DNA of 64,000 bases, taken from the NCBI GenBank assembly GCA_010015585.1, contig ML975149.1; one strand, written 5' to 3'. Position 1 is the stretch's first letter. Every line of letters starts with the position of its first letter. The stretch is from Eremomyces bilateralis CBS 781.70. Taxonomy: Eukaryota. The notes under the pieces were generated by a model. That model did not search any database. It was given only the letters and a program-made list of their open reading frames with translations, and was not told the DNA's origin. Positions 25,673-37,875 of the stretch are shown here, in pieces. Made by a program: the position numbers and the translations under genes.

Positions 25673-27818
25673 CGTCTACGGGAAAGAGCGAACCGGGACG
25701 ACGCGTGCGTGGCAAGCGCAGCTCTTCAACCTCCGATGTTGGATAGATCCCTCCTCCCACCAGGTTTCGGTTCAACTGGTCGGTTCAAATGGTCTGAAAT
25801 GCTCTAGCAGGGTCGCGTTCGAATGTTCGAGGGGAGGCGGATGGAAAACGCGTTTCGAAGTATGGGGTGACGGAGTGGAAAATTCTATTGAGTCGAGAAA
25901 GCTTCTGGTGCAGGCGTCGTCTGGTCGTGCTGGGACGATATGGCCTTCATGAGGCTCATGCGCGTAGTTTCTAACAGCGACCGCAACGACGGCGGAGGAG
26001 TTCTCGCTTGGCTAGGACGTGGTCGGTAGGCGGATAAGCACCAAGACACGTCGCTTCACTTGTCGGGACGATAAGCAGCCAAATTCGACGTCGATCGACT
26101 TGCGATTCCACAGCGCCAAAAGGATATCTGCCAGTCTGGGGTCTAAAGAGGGAAAACGGCGAATGGCCAAGGGGACACGAAAATGCGAATAAAGTTGGGA
26201 CAGGGAGTAGGTGGGAGCGTTGGTTGCCGCGGCGGATCAGTGGAGACTTTGATGACAAGTTCAAGGGGGGAGAGAGACACGAAAAGTCGAAAGCGGCTTA
26301 GGTAAGGTAAGGATGGTAAGTATCAACGGTTTTTACAATAGAGATGATAGATAATTGTAGGCAAGTATTGAAATCTCCTTCGTCTGCGCTGGTACTGGTC
26401 TTGGAGAGCTGTGTATGACATATACGTTGTTGCGTGTCGTGGGCACAGTGCAGGCGACGAGGTGAATTTGCGCATTCACTGAGCGCTCTCCAAGACGCTC
26501 ACAATCTGTCACAGACTCCAAATAAACAGTAATCCAGCCAGATACCGGGGGAATTGCACCGGCGCATACGCTATGGTAAGGTGGTTTAAACTCGCCGTAA
26601 CCGGGTGTGGCCCAGTCGATGGGAACGCGGTGGTGATTGGATCGGCCCATTGGCGGAAATGCCCCCTTTCGGGAGTTCTCTCCCAAAACTGCACTGGCCC
26701 TGACGCTCCCAACGTGAATGCAAGGGGGACAGCCCGGGCAGGGGCTTTCCCGGTTGACTTGCGCCGCACGGGAAAGGGGGATTTCTGGTTTCTAGTTAGC
26801 GCCTTAGCGGGAGAGGTGTGCCCATTCAGTGAACTGCACGTGTGACGAGACTGATGTACAAGACAGCAAGTCTGCAACGCATTTCTCTCACGCTGGCTGG
26901 TTGCTGCGATATGGATTTTATCATTTTACACCGTACTGGATACATGGACCATAATTAGCCGATATGCATAACGGCCATTTCTTCATTCGCGAGATCACAT
27001 ATTGGTGGGAACTGGGAAGAGTTTGACGGGGGAGAGCATGAAGTCATTTCCCCCCTACCCAAGCATAAGTGTCTCATCTCCCCCAATATCAAAAGAGTGA
27101 AAAAGCATTAAGAGCCTGTAATATTAAGCTATCAAACCTTCCCGGCCACCTACAGTCTGCACTTCTGCAAGATGCTGGCGACCTGGAAGACACCCAACCC
27201 ATGTTCTCGTCGATCAACCGCTCCTACTACGTATGACGCCGTGCCCTCCCTTTCCGTCCAAGGCTCCAAGCCCTCCCAGTTTTTGATATTAGACAAACCA
27301 CCTCCTCGACCAGGGACGCCCGCCAAATCCAAATCTTTTCCCGCCGGGCTTCCTCGTAAGTGTTCGCGCTTCGGACGCAGTCACCTCACCTAGCCACATA
27401 CGCAACGGATGCACCCAATGCAGTCGTCGCATCATGGTGACACCCTGAAAATGTCACCCGCAGGCCGCGAGACCACCAAGCGCTTTGTCCCTCCAGACTC
27501 CAGAGTCTGGCTACGTACCTAGGTCTACGAGATGACCACCCAGTCATGCAGGTTTTGGCTTCGGAACGATGACAGACTCACTCCCAATGGAGTTTGGCAT
27601 GTGAAGTGTAAGCCGAAGAAGCTTTCAAATGATATCCACAGCCCAATCAAAATATGACGCAAGGTCGACCTTCGAGAACATTGAGGGAAGGATTTTATCA
27701 AGCGGACGTTTCAAGTTTTAGCCATCCCAGCCACCCCGCACCGCTTCCTGTAATCCTGTCAGATCTGTAAAGAAGACCACCCCCACTTCCACGGTCGTAT
27801 ATTCACTATCATGATCAC

Positions 27819-27848
27819 TTGCATATTGCATATTGCATATTGCATATT
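27819..27848. repeat. Microsatellite (TTGCATA) x about 4.3
   Basis: Directly visible perfect 7-nt tandem repeat. Confidence 0.95.
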
Positions 27849-30224
27849 ACCAAGTACCAACGCATCAGGTACAAGAGAAACCTGCTTCTGGTTTGCTTAG
27901 AAGGATTCCCTGTATGTACTGTACATGCGTGCAACTACGGCTCTCCCAAAAGATCCAACTCGAGAAATAGGTAGTCGGTTTCCCGGAACCGATAAGTTCC
28001 AGTACTGAGGGTAGAAACCAACTTAACGGTCTCCCATGTGGCAAAGAGAGATCGATTCTATTCTTATCTGTTTGATCTGAAGGGCGGAAGTCGAGTTTGG
28101 TACGGGATGGGTCTTGGTCTCAGTCTCCCAGACTTGGACGACGTCCTCAGTCGATGATCATCAGATCTACGGATATCCAGAGAATGACGGCGTATGAACT
28201 GGATCGTACAGATATGAAGTGGGTAAACTAAGCAAATACCACGGCTGAACACCCGAAGATCTGCACAACCTACGAATCCGCCAAGGTCCCACTATCTGTC
28301 ATCGGTCATGTGTGTGCACGATCATTGATCAACGACCTAACTGATCACTGAACCGACTGACCCTCATCGCCCACGAAGGATAAATCTCCGATCTTGGGAA
28401 CCCCACAACCATCTCTCATGCATGTCTTATTCCATCTAGATAACTTCAATACTACGTCCGGTGCCACTAGAACGGCAACTAAACTTGTGGCGATCTCGTA
28501 CCACGACACATCGCCATTCCCCATTCCCCTTCAATGGCAATCCTACACCGACGATAGCCGCTGGTCTTCCGCACTCGAACCGGAGATTTATATCGCCCTA
28601 GGTAGTAGGAAGATCGCAAAGCTGTTCCCGAGTCACTGGGCCGATCGGCGTCTATGAAGAAGGCGTAGTTAACTATATATTAAGTGGATGGCCGATGCCT
28701 CGGTATGGGAGATCTCGAACTTGGATGGATTGGCTCGAATTGCCGTATCGACGGACGGCATGAGATCATTGTCTATGGGTATGGTATCTCGAGATTACTG
28801 GTGTATTGAGCATGCTTCTACGGGTAGGTAGAGCGTGTGTCGTTGTCAGCACTTCTGATCGCGGATTGTGGGATGGTTGTCCAATAATGTACGTCATGCA
28901 TGGAATGCTTTGGAGTTTCACAACCTCCGCCTCCCGTCCTCCACAAGGGACGATGTTTCAAAGACTGCAGTGCGTGCATCCATCATGCTTCTATGCATCC
29001 ATCGGGAATCTATGCAAATTCTCTGGTCGTCACTACTGACCTATCGCTTCCCGCTGCTCTTGTCTCTGCAACTTTGCTCAACGCCTCAGCCACTTACCTG
29101 CGTAATACCATTCTCGGAATTCTCACCGCCCTCCACGCAGCTCCCCATCACGATGAACCTCTCTGCACTTGATCGCCACAGATCTAAGATATTGCGGTCG
29201 GCTGTCTGGTGCCCGGCCTGGCCGGCGCGCAATGCCGATACGAGGCTGATCGCTGCGCTGCCGAAAGATGATCCGGATACAAATTCCAATCATGGATTGG
29301 CTGGGTGACAGCTGTTTCTGAAGCCGGCTCTGCACTACTGTAGCTACCCGTCCGCTTCCTGGTGGGTGGTATCATCCGATGTGCTTGAAATCACTCAAAT
29401 CCAGTGCGCTCGCGGCACCGCATGGCGGCTCGGCTGGAAACGTCGCGCAAAAGCACTCCCTGGACCTGTGTAAGCATCGTCGGCTGACTGCAGTGCGTGA
29501 CATTCGGTTTTCCCCTCATCTAGATTTCCATCCTCTGGATCGAATTCAAGAAACCGGGATTCCCCTCCATCTGCACAATAGGTATTTCTCTCATCATCCT
29601 CGTTGTCGTACCCCAACGCGTCGCGTCCGCAATGCATGCAGGTCGCGTAAATTTACCCCCGGACGCGTCCAACATCGGTCATCCTGGCCGTCCTGAAAAA
29701 ACCAGGTACTTATCCCGGGATAACTTGGGAAGTTGTGTCAGTTGTAAAGTGTAATATCGGAAAATTAGTTTATGACGGGAGTTATGAATTGGGATTTGCG
29801 ACGCGGGGAGAGTTCTTCCGGGTTGCTGTGGGCTGTGGGATTTCACGATTGGTTTCTTGATGTGAGACGACATGGACTATGTCTTTGATATGTGAGCGGT
29901 GAGAAATCTGGGCGCATCTCTGTTGGATTGTAGTGTTGATGCAAGAAACGGGGTATCATTGCTGGTCCTTAGACGTTCAGACTACAAGTGTGCGGCTATG
30001 TCCATGTTTGTCGATAAAGGTGACATGATATCCCTGACTGATCAGATCGTTTCCTTGCACAATCCGCCACTCGTCAGCTCGCGAGCGAATCCTCGTTCTC
30101 AATGCTCGCTGTAACCCATCCAAGTCCTCGTTCCTCAAACATCATATCCGCTCAACGCCTCTATTCCTGCAAAACCCCTCCAAAGTCGGTGGCCCATGGT
30201 ACCTATATGCCTCCAATAATTCGC

Positions 30225-32133
30225 TCACCACCCGCCGCCAATGGTGCTGGCCAGCCCGGCAACCCGCTGGGTATCGGTGATGTCTTTTCCTACATCGCTC
30301 TCCACCTTCCGGTAGGTCGTGAATGCCAGTTTCTCGATCGGCACGCCGGTTAGGGACGTCCAGTGGTCCAGAACGCTCAGGATGTACGTCCTCGAGATGC
30401 CGTCGACGACGTCCGCATCGACATCGCTCGCATCGACTGGTGCCTGGCCGTTCAGCGCATGCCCATTGCTGGTCATCCGCTCCGTCGGTGGATCGATCTC
30501 CATCGCATCACCGTTGGCCGTCGTTCCTCGCTGCTCTTCGGAATCTGACTCGGCCGAAAAGTATGCCTCATCCACCTTCGCTAACCACTCCCTCTGCTCC
30601 TTCGGTCCCGCCACGGTCCGCCCCTCCGCATCCCCCTCCCTCAACCCCAGCTCCTGCAACTCGGTCACGCGGATCTGCCCCCCGCCATTCGTGCAACCCC
30701 CAGGACACGCCATCACCTCCACATACGCATACTCGCTCCCAGGTGCCGCATCCCCCTCGCGCTTCCGCACCGGCGCCTTCCGCGCACCCAGCAACCGGTT
30801 CGTCTTCGGCTTCATCTTCCGTACGAGGTTTTGAATGTTGCGGAACCCGTAGCACCGCATACCTTTCCACGCGGTGCGGCCGTCGCGGTCCTCGACGACG
30901 ATATCGAGCACGTCGGCGTTGCGGCCGCGGTCGACGCGGATGCGGCTGCCGGGGGTGGAGGCGGCGACGCGTTTAGCGATGTGGGAGAGGAAGCCGCCAG
31001 AGGTGCCGGTGGGGTCGGCGGGGGCGCCGCGGTTGGAGTGGGAGGGTGGGAAGAGGAAGGCGGAGAGGGTGGGGTCGGGGAAGCGGGGACGAGTGACGGG
31101 TTGGGGAGGGAGGGTGGCGAAGTTGAGGTTGCGGAGGGAGGCGACCTGGAGGAGTTCGCGGGGGGTGATGACACAGTCGACGTCGCGGACGGGATCGGAT
31201 GGGGGAGCGGAGTCGGGTGCCCAGGCGTCGGAGGTGAGCTCGCCGCGGGAGGCCTCGAGTTTCTTGTCGAAGCATGGCATTACTGCGAGATGCCAGATTT
31301 GGGACGGCGGGATGCCGTATGCCCTGGAGAGCACGGATTTCAGCAACGCGCCAGAGAGAGACTGCGGGGATTTGACGGCTGAGAGATTCGGAAGGAGTTG
31401 CGGATGGGTCTTCTCGGCGTAGCAGATCCAGCCTGGACAGGCCGAGGCGAGGACGGGTCGTTTCGGGGAGGAAGTGGAAGTAGCGGAATTGGCTTCCTCG
31501 TAGGCCAATACAAGGGATGCGGAGCGGAGCGCGTTGGTGTCAATCACCCAGGCGAAACTGCTGTGGTGCTTCCCTCCCGTCTTCACGCCATTGGGCCCGG
31601 AGAGAAGTTGTTCGATTAGGTGTCCGGCATCGGAGAAGGAGATGCCATGGGCAGCGGCGATGCTGGCTTTGGCCTGCGGGCTGACGCTCGCGACGAACAG
31701 CTTTCCTTCAGATACACCATTGGAAACTCCATTTGCCCCATTTTGTGTGTGGTCATGATATTCGGCTGTCCTGGAGCCAGAAACGAGATCGGAGGGGTCG
31801 AGGGAGGGGTTAGCATCCAGTGTGTCCAGCACTTCTTGGTGTGACTGCAGTGATACGAGAATGGCCTCCGCAGATGTGACACAGCCAGAGCATGCGAGGC
31901 AATCGGTCAAGGATATCTGTGCCGGAGTGGGGTTTGCGGCCGCGACTTTGTCTTCCGTCGTGACTTCATACGGATTCTATATTGCTCGTCAGTCTGAATC
32001 GCAAGTGTCATAGGGACTGGCATACCGGCTCGCCATTCTGCTTCTCAGCAGGAATGGATTCTATGGGTTTAATACATGCAACGCCCGGTGAAATGAAGTC
32101 ATTCAAGTCATCCGCGGAGAGAATGGCGCTCAT
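30225..32133 (-). CDS. nar1: Cytosolic Fe-S cluster assembly factor Nar1 (Fe-only hydrogenase-like), 2 exons
   Basis: [81 protein letters not shown]-terminal Trp. Confidence 0.97.
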
Positions 32134-32550
32134 CGCCTAAACAATAACCGGAAAAGCGCTCTGCGGGGGGCAAAGAGAGGAAGTTGTTGCCAGTTGATTT
32201 GTATTCTGGAGTATTGGAGGAGGCAGAACTGGGTCTCACAGACAAAGAACTAGGTAAGTGCGAGTTTAGACGAGAATTTGAGTAGTGTATGGCAGACAAT
32301 GGTGAAATGACAATAGGAGGACTCATGGTCTGCTTGATAATGCAATTCATCGGAGGCGACTCGGAGACACCGGCCCCCACTTTAATTTTCATCCCACGCT
32401 TTCGAATCCATCCATCATCACTACACTCATAATTAACTCATTCCACCATCGCACTTCCAATCAGACAGTATCAGACCATCTCCGAGGAACCCTCCAAAGC
32501 CCCTGCACACGCCCTACCACCTCCTGATACCACTATCATCGCCTTTCAAC

Positions 32551-32799
32551 ATGTCCTCCCAACAACAAACCGGCGGCACCGCCCTCCAAACACCGGCCGC
32601 CGACCGCGGTTTATACTACCTCTGCGAGCGCTGCGACAACCGCGTCGAGCTCCGGAAAGGAGAGCTGATCCGTTGCAAGGCCTGTGGCAGCCGCGTCTTG
32701 TATAAGGAGAGGACGAAGAGGTAAGCAGCTCGCTTGGAGAGGCGATGATGGACGCCGTCGTTAACATGGAGTAGGATGGTGCAGTTCGAGGCTCGATGA
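32551..32799 (+). CDS. rpb12: RNA polymerases I/II/III shared subunit RPABC4 (Rpb12/Rpc10), 2 exons; absent from the ORF track
   Basis: MSSQQQTGG...YYLCERCDNRVELRKGELIRCKACGSRVLYKERTKR, intron GTAAGC..TTAAC..TAG, then MVQFEAR*. Zn-ribbon CxxC..CxxC and the diagnostic FEAR end. Confidence 0.95.
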
Positions 32800-33086
32800 G
32801 CGAACCGGGACGCGGTCGATTCTTTCCACCGTACGGGGAGAGAACCTCTTTATGTTCAAGCACGGCGTCTGGCTTTTGCGATTTCGGGGATGGGACTCCG
32901 GCTGGTTATGGGCTATATCGCCTCGGGTTTTTATAAAGCATTCGCATCGACAGTTAACCGCGCCTTAGCTGCACAATAGGGATATGGAAAAGAGTATGAA
33001 TGACAATTTCCTTGGCATTGGAGGCCTTTCTATATGGACGACTAGTCTTTCTATGGTGTCTTGTGGTATTATGTGCGAGATTTCCG

Positions 33087-34848
33087 TCAGACCTTGGTCC
33101 AGGTAAATATTAACCCTAAGAAGCTGTCGCGGCGCTTCGTCTTGCGTTCCCGCACCGATTCCCTTTTTGAATCCGCTCGACCGTCTCCCATATTTCCATC
33201 CACTCCAATCTCCTTGTCAAGCCCCGTGGTATATCCTTCCTTGCTCTTGGAGTCCATGTCGACCACACTGATCTGGTCCACGGGAACATCCTTTTCCCTG
33301 GCCAGTCTCCTTACCTCCTTGATTTTCCAAGCCCGTAAGAACACCATACATAGCGCAGCGCCTAGATACATGAAACCCGAGAATAGCTGTGCTCCCCGGT
33401 ATCTCCCCCCGTTAGATTTGACCAACTCCAAACCGATCACTTCACTCGCAATGCATGGGGGTCCGATGACCAGCCACAAGATACTAAGTGCAGCAGGCAA
33501 CTCCTGGAGGCCGACGACCTCCGCCGTAACCGGCGCGATCGTCGCCCAAAAAGTCCCCGCGACCGACCCTCCGAAGAGGGCGAAGGCAACCAATGCCCCA
33601 AAAGAGGTGGCCGGAATCCACCAGACCAGCACGAACACCCCGCACGTCGCCGTCATGGCGGCGCACATATTGATCCTCCCGACGGTATCGCTGAAGTACC
33701 CTACCGGCGGCCTCCCGAGCATCTGCCCCAAGTTCATAATCGCCGCGAGGATGCTCCCCTGCGCCGAAGTGTACCCCAATGACGCCGCATGAGATGGCAA
33801 GCTGAACAGCAACACCACGTACCCCAGCATGCTAAACACGCCGAACGTCGTCAACAGCAGGTACTCGTACCGCGCGAAGAACCGCCACTCGAACGGCGTC
33901 ATCACGCTCTTCACCGCCGCGTGGCGATCGCGTACCAACAGGCTGCAGACCAAGTTGACTACCGTCGTGAGGATCCCGAGGATGCGGAAACACCACGCCA
34001 GCCCTACCTGGCGGATCAACGCCTGCGACGCAAACGAATACACCAATCCCCCCAGCCCGCTCCCTGCGGTGGCGATGCCGTTCGCGAGGCTCCGCCGGCG
34101 CTGGAACCACTGCGGGACGATGCCGACGGAGCCGACGAACAGCATGCCGAGGCCGCAGCCGAAGCAGAGGCCCTGGGAGAGGAAGAGGGGCCATAGCTGG
34201 CCCGGGCGGACGAAGGAGGAGGCGAGGAAGGAGAGGAGGAGGAAGGACGTGCCGAGGAGGAGGGTTGGGCGGGTGCCGAAGGTGTGGAGGAGGTAGGTGG
34301 AGAGGGGGGAGATGAGGAGGGAGACACCGATGGAGAGGCCGCCGATGAGGGCGAAGTCGAGGGGGGAGGCGGAGGGGAAGGTGTTGGTGTTGAGGTAGTG
34401 GGCGAGGAAGACAGCGTACGACTGCGTTTGTTAGCTGGTTTTCGGGGACAATGGCGGTTGGCAGGTTACACACGCTATTCATACCCCATGTGTGGGCATT
34501 GATTCCTGCAACGCAGAGCACACACACCCATCCGTAGCCTCCCTCAGGAGGACCATCTCTTGCCAATGCCACTGTATCTGCTCCCGTCTCAACATCCACC
34601 GCCACCTGCCCCGCGGAACTATTTCCGTCTTCGCTGGTTGCATCGGGGCTCGTGCTCCGTTCGATCGCATCTTCGTCTTTTGCTCTCGAGACCTCCGACG
34701 TGCGATTGCTCGAGATGCGTGACACGGGGGGTTCCAACGCCGTGGCGGATTGCTCAATTGTTAGGTTCGTTGGGTTGTCGGGCCGATCCTGATTTGCATG
34801 GTTGTTGGTATTCAAGGAAGCCGACGCCTCCCGCTTCGCAAACGTCAT
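33087..34848 (-). CDS. MFS monocarboxylate-porter (MCT/Mch-like) transporter, 2 exons
   Basis: PPEGGYGWVCV..INAHTWGMNS, intron, then hydrophobic helices with PQWFQRRRSLANGIATAGSGLGG and GYFSDTVGRIN. Confidence 0.9.
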
Positions 34849-35652
34849 CGGTACATGTACAGGTGCATCAATCCGATCGAATAATGGCAAGATAACGGGA
34901 GAAATACAGCGACGCGGCAAAATATATATATCTAAATTCCCCTCGGGCGAAACGATGACTGGAATTTCCACTCGATCAATTGTGGGTACAGAGCAGAAAA
35001 TCCGTTCCTGATAGCGGCCGCTATTCCTTAGTTTGCTGTGTGGACCCGACTGGAATCCGTTCAGTCAGACTCCGCACATCTCGTACGTAACAACACCAAG
35101 CTCGTCACGAGCGGATACGGATCGCGGTAGGAAGTCGGCCATTTTCCCCTCATCGCGCCCTTCTACCTGCTGCGGCTTACACAGGATGAGTTGCTCTGAC
35201 TTCCAACATCAAGGTACTTTCTGTACGGGAGGTTATTGGACCCTGAAGGCACCTGGTTTTCGGGTAAAACGGCAGCGAGTTGGATGGATGCGATAGGTAC
35301 TCTAGAGTGTAATATCCCTGGGGGTAAAATATGCGTGTTTGGGTACATACTTGCCGCAGCAACACTACGGTAGGATGATACATTGCGGTACTTAGATACC
35401 GGAGTCTAATTCTCTTGTTCCGGATGACAGAATTTCGACATATTCGTGTAGACAAAGTCCGATGCCGGACGGAAAACTCCGGTGCCTCGTAAGCTGTTGA
35501 TTACTGGTTCTATCAGACCATTTGTAAAGAAGCCGGAATATATATACCCGTGGTACGGGTTTGTTCTATCCGTGTGGCATGTCTGGGCTGGAGGTTGAAT
35601 GATGTATCAGGGCAAACGACCAGGTACATCTACTCTTACGAAGATAGATCCA

Positions 35653-37078
35653 TCAAATCCACCCAACCCGATGCCCAAGATAGCTAAACCCTCCAAAGAA
35701 GGCCGTCACTCCAGTAAATGCAATCAACCCTCCATACCCATTGTCATACGCGAACTTCGATCTCCCTCCCCACCCCGTTCCAGCCTTCAACAACACCTCA
35801 CTAAGGGGACCCGAGACCACATTCCCTAAACCCTTCCCGACCGCCAGCAGCGCAAAAATCAACCCCGTATCCGCAGCGTTGTTCACCTTCTGCACATCAC
35901 GCACGATGCCCGACCACGTCGTCGAATAACTCCCGGCGAAAAGCCCGTAGATCATGCTGAACAGGTACAGCAGCGTAAGGTTCGACGCCAGCCCCCAGAA
36001 GAGAAACACCGCGACGCACGTTCCCACCGTCGACAACATGATACACGTCGTGATATGGAACCGATCCACCGCGATTCCCATGAACACGCACCCTACTACG
36101 CTCATCAAGTTCAGCAGCGTCAACGTCAGCGACGACTTGAACCCCGACGCTCCCAGCGCTGTCGCGTGCATCGGCAGGTAGATCGACGGCAGAAAGAACC
36201 CCAGCGACTCGACCACGCTGCCGATCTGCAGCATGCCGAAGACCCGGGTCGTGGCGAACCGGAAATCGAGGCGCCGCGCGTGCATCGCCGGAGAGACCGG
36301 TAGCCGTGGTTTGAGGTAGTAGAGCAGCGGGGCGGTCAGGATGCACACGGCCAGCGCCCAGATGCGCAGGGTGGTACGGAAGCCGTAGGAGTCGAGGAGC
36401 CATTGCATGAGGAAGGGGAGGACGACACCGGCAAGCCCAGTGCCAGCCCACATGATGCCGAAGGCGAGGCCTTTGCGGCGGATGAACCACTCGTTTAAGA
36501 AGAGAATGGTGGGGGAATAGGCGATGGAGCCGCCGATGCCGTAGAGGAGGCCTTGGGTGGCGATGAGGTGGGTGACGGTCTGGGAAAAAGAACTGAGGCC
36601 GAGGGCGAGGCAGAGGATGACCAGGCCGATGACGGCGAAGGGGCGGCGGAGTTTGGGGAAGGCTTTCATGGCACCGAAGACGATAAGGGAGTCGAGGTAC
36701 ATGATTCCGGAGGATACGGTGCCGATTAGGGCGATGTTGCTGGATCCGGCGAACGGTTCATGAGTGCTGTAATATTGCTGGAAGACACCATATGAAAATG
36801 GAAACCCTATATCTTGCTCAGTGTCTCATCGATATAGGTATTAGAACGAAGGAATTACCCCAAACTAAGGACTCGACCATAAACGCCGCGGCCAGGAATA
36901 GCCATGCGTCTTTCCCTCCATCTGCTGGCGGGAGAGAAAACTCCTGAACCCCATCCTGCAATGAAGGCTCTCGATGGTTTCCCTGTGAATCCAGCTCTTG
37001 AGGATTTCCGACACCGGAGTCATCTCCTCTCAACCGAGCAGTCGCAATTGGGCGAAGTTCTACATCCAGGGACTCCAT
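35653..37078 (-). CDS. MFS monocarboxylate-porter (MCT/Mch-like) transporter, 2 exons
   Basis: SLPPADGGKDAWLFLAAAFMVESLVWG|FPFSYGVFQQYY, NEWFIRRKGLAFGIMWAGTGLAG, VDRF. About 12 hydrophobic segments. Confidence 0.92.
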
Positions 37079-37875
37079 TTAGACCTAGAGAAGCGAGGTC
37101 AAACCCTATATACTCGAATTCTCGGAACCAAATCAATTGTCAAGGGAAGGAAAACAGTCAGCTTGGACACAGGATTCATTTTCAACCGTTCACACAGTCG
37201 GACTCATCGAAGGTATCTTGGGCTGTCATCACCGATCGGCCATGACTGCATCTTCGGATTTCGGAGTAATAGAGCCATGTAGTGGGGGCAGTACGTAGTA
37301 GTATATGGTAGCGTGCAGATACCAGTGGGTCACTGGGTCGACACTTTACACTATGGAAGGTTGTCAATATTGATGATCATATTGTTGAGGTATTTTTGAA
37401 TCAATTCACAATATCTGGCAGTCCGAAGATCTGGTACCTTTCCTATGGACGTATAATATATGAAGAGTTAAGAAGTGTGGAGTGCATCCCCCTGATCCTT
37501 TGATCCTCCAACCCCAAATGCGCATCATATCAAATTGCTTGAGGCACAGCAATCAACATGTGGCGTTCAGCCCCTGGAATTTTCATCAGGCGGTGATCCC
37601 TGCCACTTGTTGCCATCATCGTTCGTTTCGAGTTTCGACATTCAACTCCCGGTTCCATTCTTTGCTCCATCCGAACTTTGTGAATGGCTCAAATCTTATG
37701 AATGGGTCAAAAAGGGTGTTTGCCCTTCCAGTTTTCAGCCGTCGACATTCATCAGAAATCATGACCATCTTGTCTCTGTGAACCAGCTATTCTTCTCCCT
37801 TGTCTCGTTCGGTCTCCTTTCGGGGTTTGAGTCAACTCTATAGTCGACTTTATAAGAGTCAAAACTTTATACATC

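Noticed and set aside
26540..26830. RNase P/MRP RNA candidate (GATGGGAACG resembles a yeast RPR1 segment)
   Set aside because: The conserved P4-forming CR-I and CR-V motifs could not be located.
27150..30100. Short ORFs between the kinesin gene and nar1 (e.g. 28394..28657, 28868..29308)
   Set aside because: Some look protein-like and may be decayed genes, but I could not build a consistent gene model or recognise a motif.
33111..33119. TAACCCTAA telomerase-template or telomere-like word
   Set aside because: Single occurrence inside the MFS coding sequence; consistent with chance.
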